Source: Raillietiella orientalis (taxonomy: Eukaryota). From it: a DNA stretch of 20,000 nt. Both the position numbers and the translations under genes were made by a program. Below the pieces are notes generated by a model. It was not told the DNA's origin and did no database searches. It saw only the letters and a program-made list of their open reading frames with translations. This document shows positions 19,843-20,000 of this stretch, piece after piece (position 1 is the stretch's first letter; every line of letters starts with the position of its first letter). The DNA is taken from assembly GCA_036172245.1 (NCBI GenBank), contig JAYWIR010000147.1:44242-64241 (forward strand). The letters are read 5' to 3'.

Positions 19843-20000
19843 CCGGGAATCGCCTGTCACTGTCGACTTCTGATCGCCTGTTGGAACGTGAACGGGCTAA
19901 GCGACGACGGCAAGAGGCGTGACGTGGCCGCCACCCTGGCATCCTTCGACCTGGTGCTGCTGCATGAGATCCACATGATCTCCGCAGATCAAGCTCGGAA
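19840..20000 (+). pseudogene. ORF2 APE endonuclease N-terminus (runs off the window)
   Basis: MPGIACHCRLLIACWNVNGLSDDGKRRDVAATLASFDLVLLHEIH, translated directly from the sequence and absent from the ORF track. This part is open, but it belongs to a copy with a disrupted ORF1. Confidence 0.88.

Larger units (their letters stand above)
18123..20000 (+). mobile_element. Family-1 LINE, 5' portion (segment 11), continuing right of the window
   Basis: GGACGTGTCTTTTC terminus (18123-18136), ORF1, TAATG overlap and APE start. Confidence 0.92.

Noticed and set aside
1..20000. Alternative genetic code or programmed readthrough explaining the in-frame stops
   Set aside because: Stops replace different residues (Tyr at 65, Glu at ~7627, Trp at ~7796, Cys at 10116 and 15197) and occur alongside frameshifts and catalytic substitutions (YAND, AGYLN). 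This fits neutral decay, possibly with some sequencing indels.
1..20000. Fungal RIP signature
   Set aside because: A few TGG-to-TAG/TAA changes are present, but the DNA stays GC-rich with abundant CpA/TpG and CpG, and many lesions are transversions or indels. RIP indices were not computed.

Overview
The window is entirely eukaryotic non-LTR retrotransposon (LINE) DNA of the L1/Tx1 group. I found no host gene, RNA gene, CRISPR array or LTR, and the host organism cannot be identified from sequence alone. It resolves into about 12 abutting segments from two families. Family 1 has an ORF1 with a predicted RRM-like region and 2 CCHC knuckles and occurs as many diverged fragments. Family 2 has an ORF1 with 3 CCHC knuckles and occurs as one apparently full-length ~5.65 kb copy on the minus strand (~10700-16350). 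Both have an ORF2 with APE endonuclease, reverse transcriptase and a C-terminal zinc finger, and the copies are decayed by stops, frameshifts or truncation. The notable feature is the architecture. Orientation flips at 10 of 11 junctions, and most junctions join an intact 5' or 3' terminus to an internal break of an oppositely oriented copy, which suggests a 'Russian-doll' cluster built by repeated antisense insertion into earlier copies. Shared signals include AATAAA plus a terminal hairpin plus only ~4 A at 3' ends, a TAATG stop-start overlap between ORF1 and ORF2, conserved 5'UTR boxes, and a CxVxL-like motif in the ORF1 tail that may bind HP1. Junction coordinates were placed by eye and are approximate.
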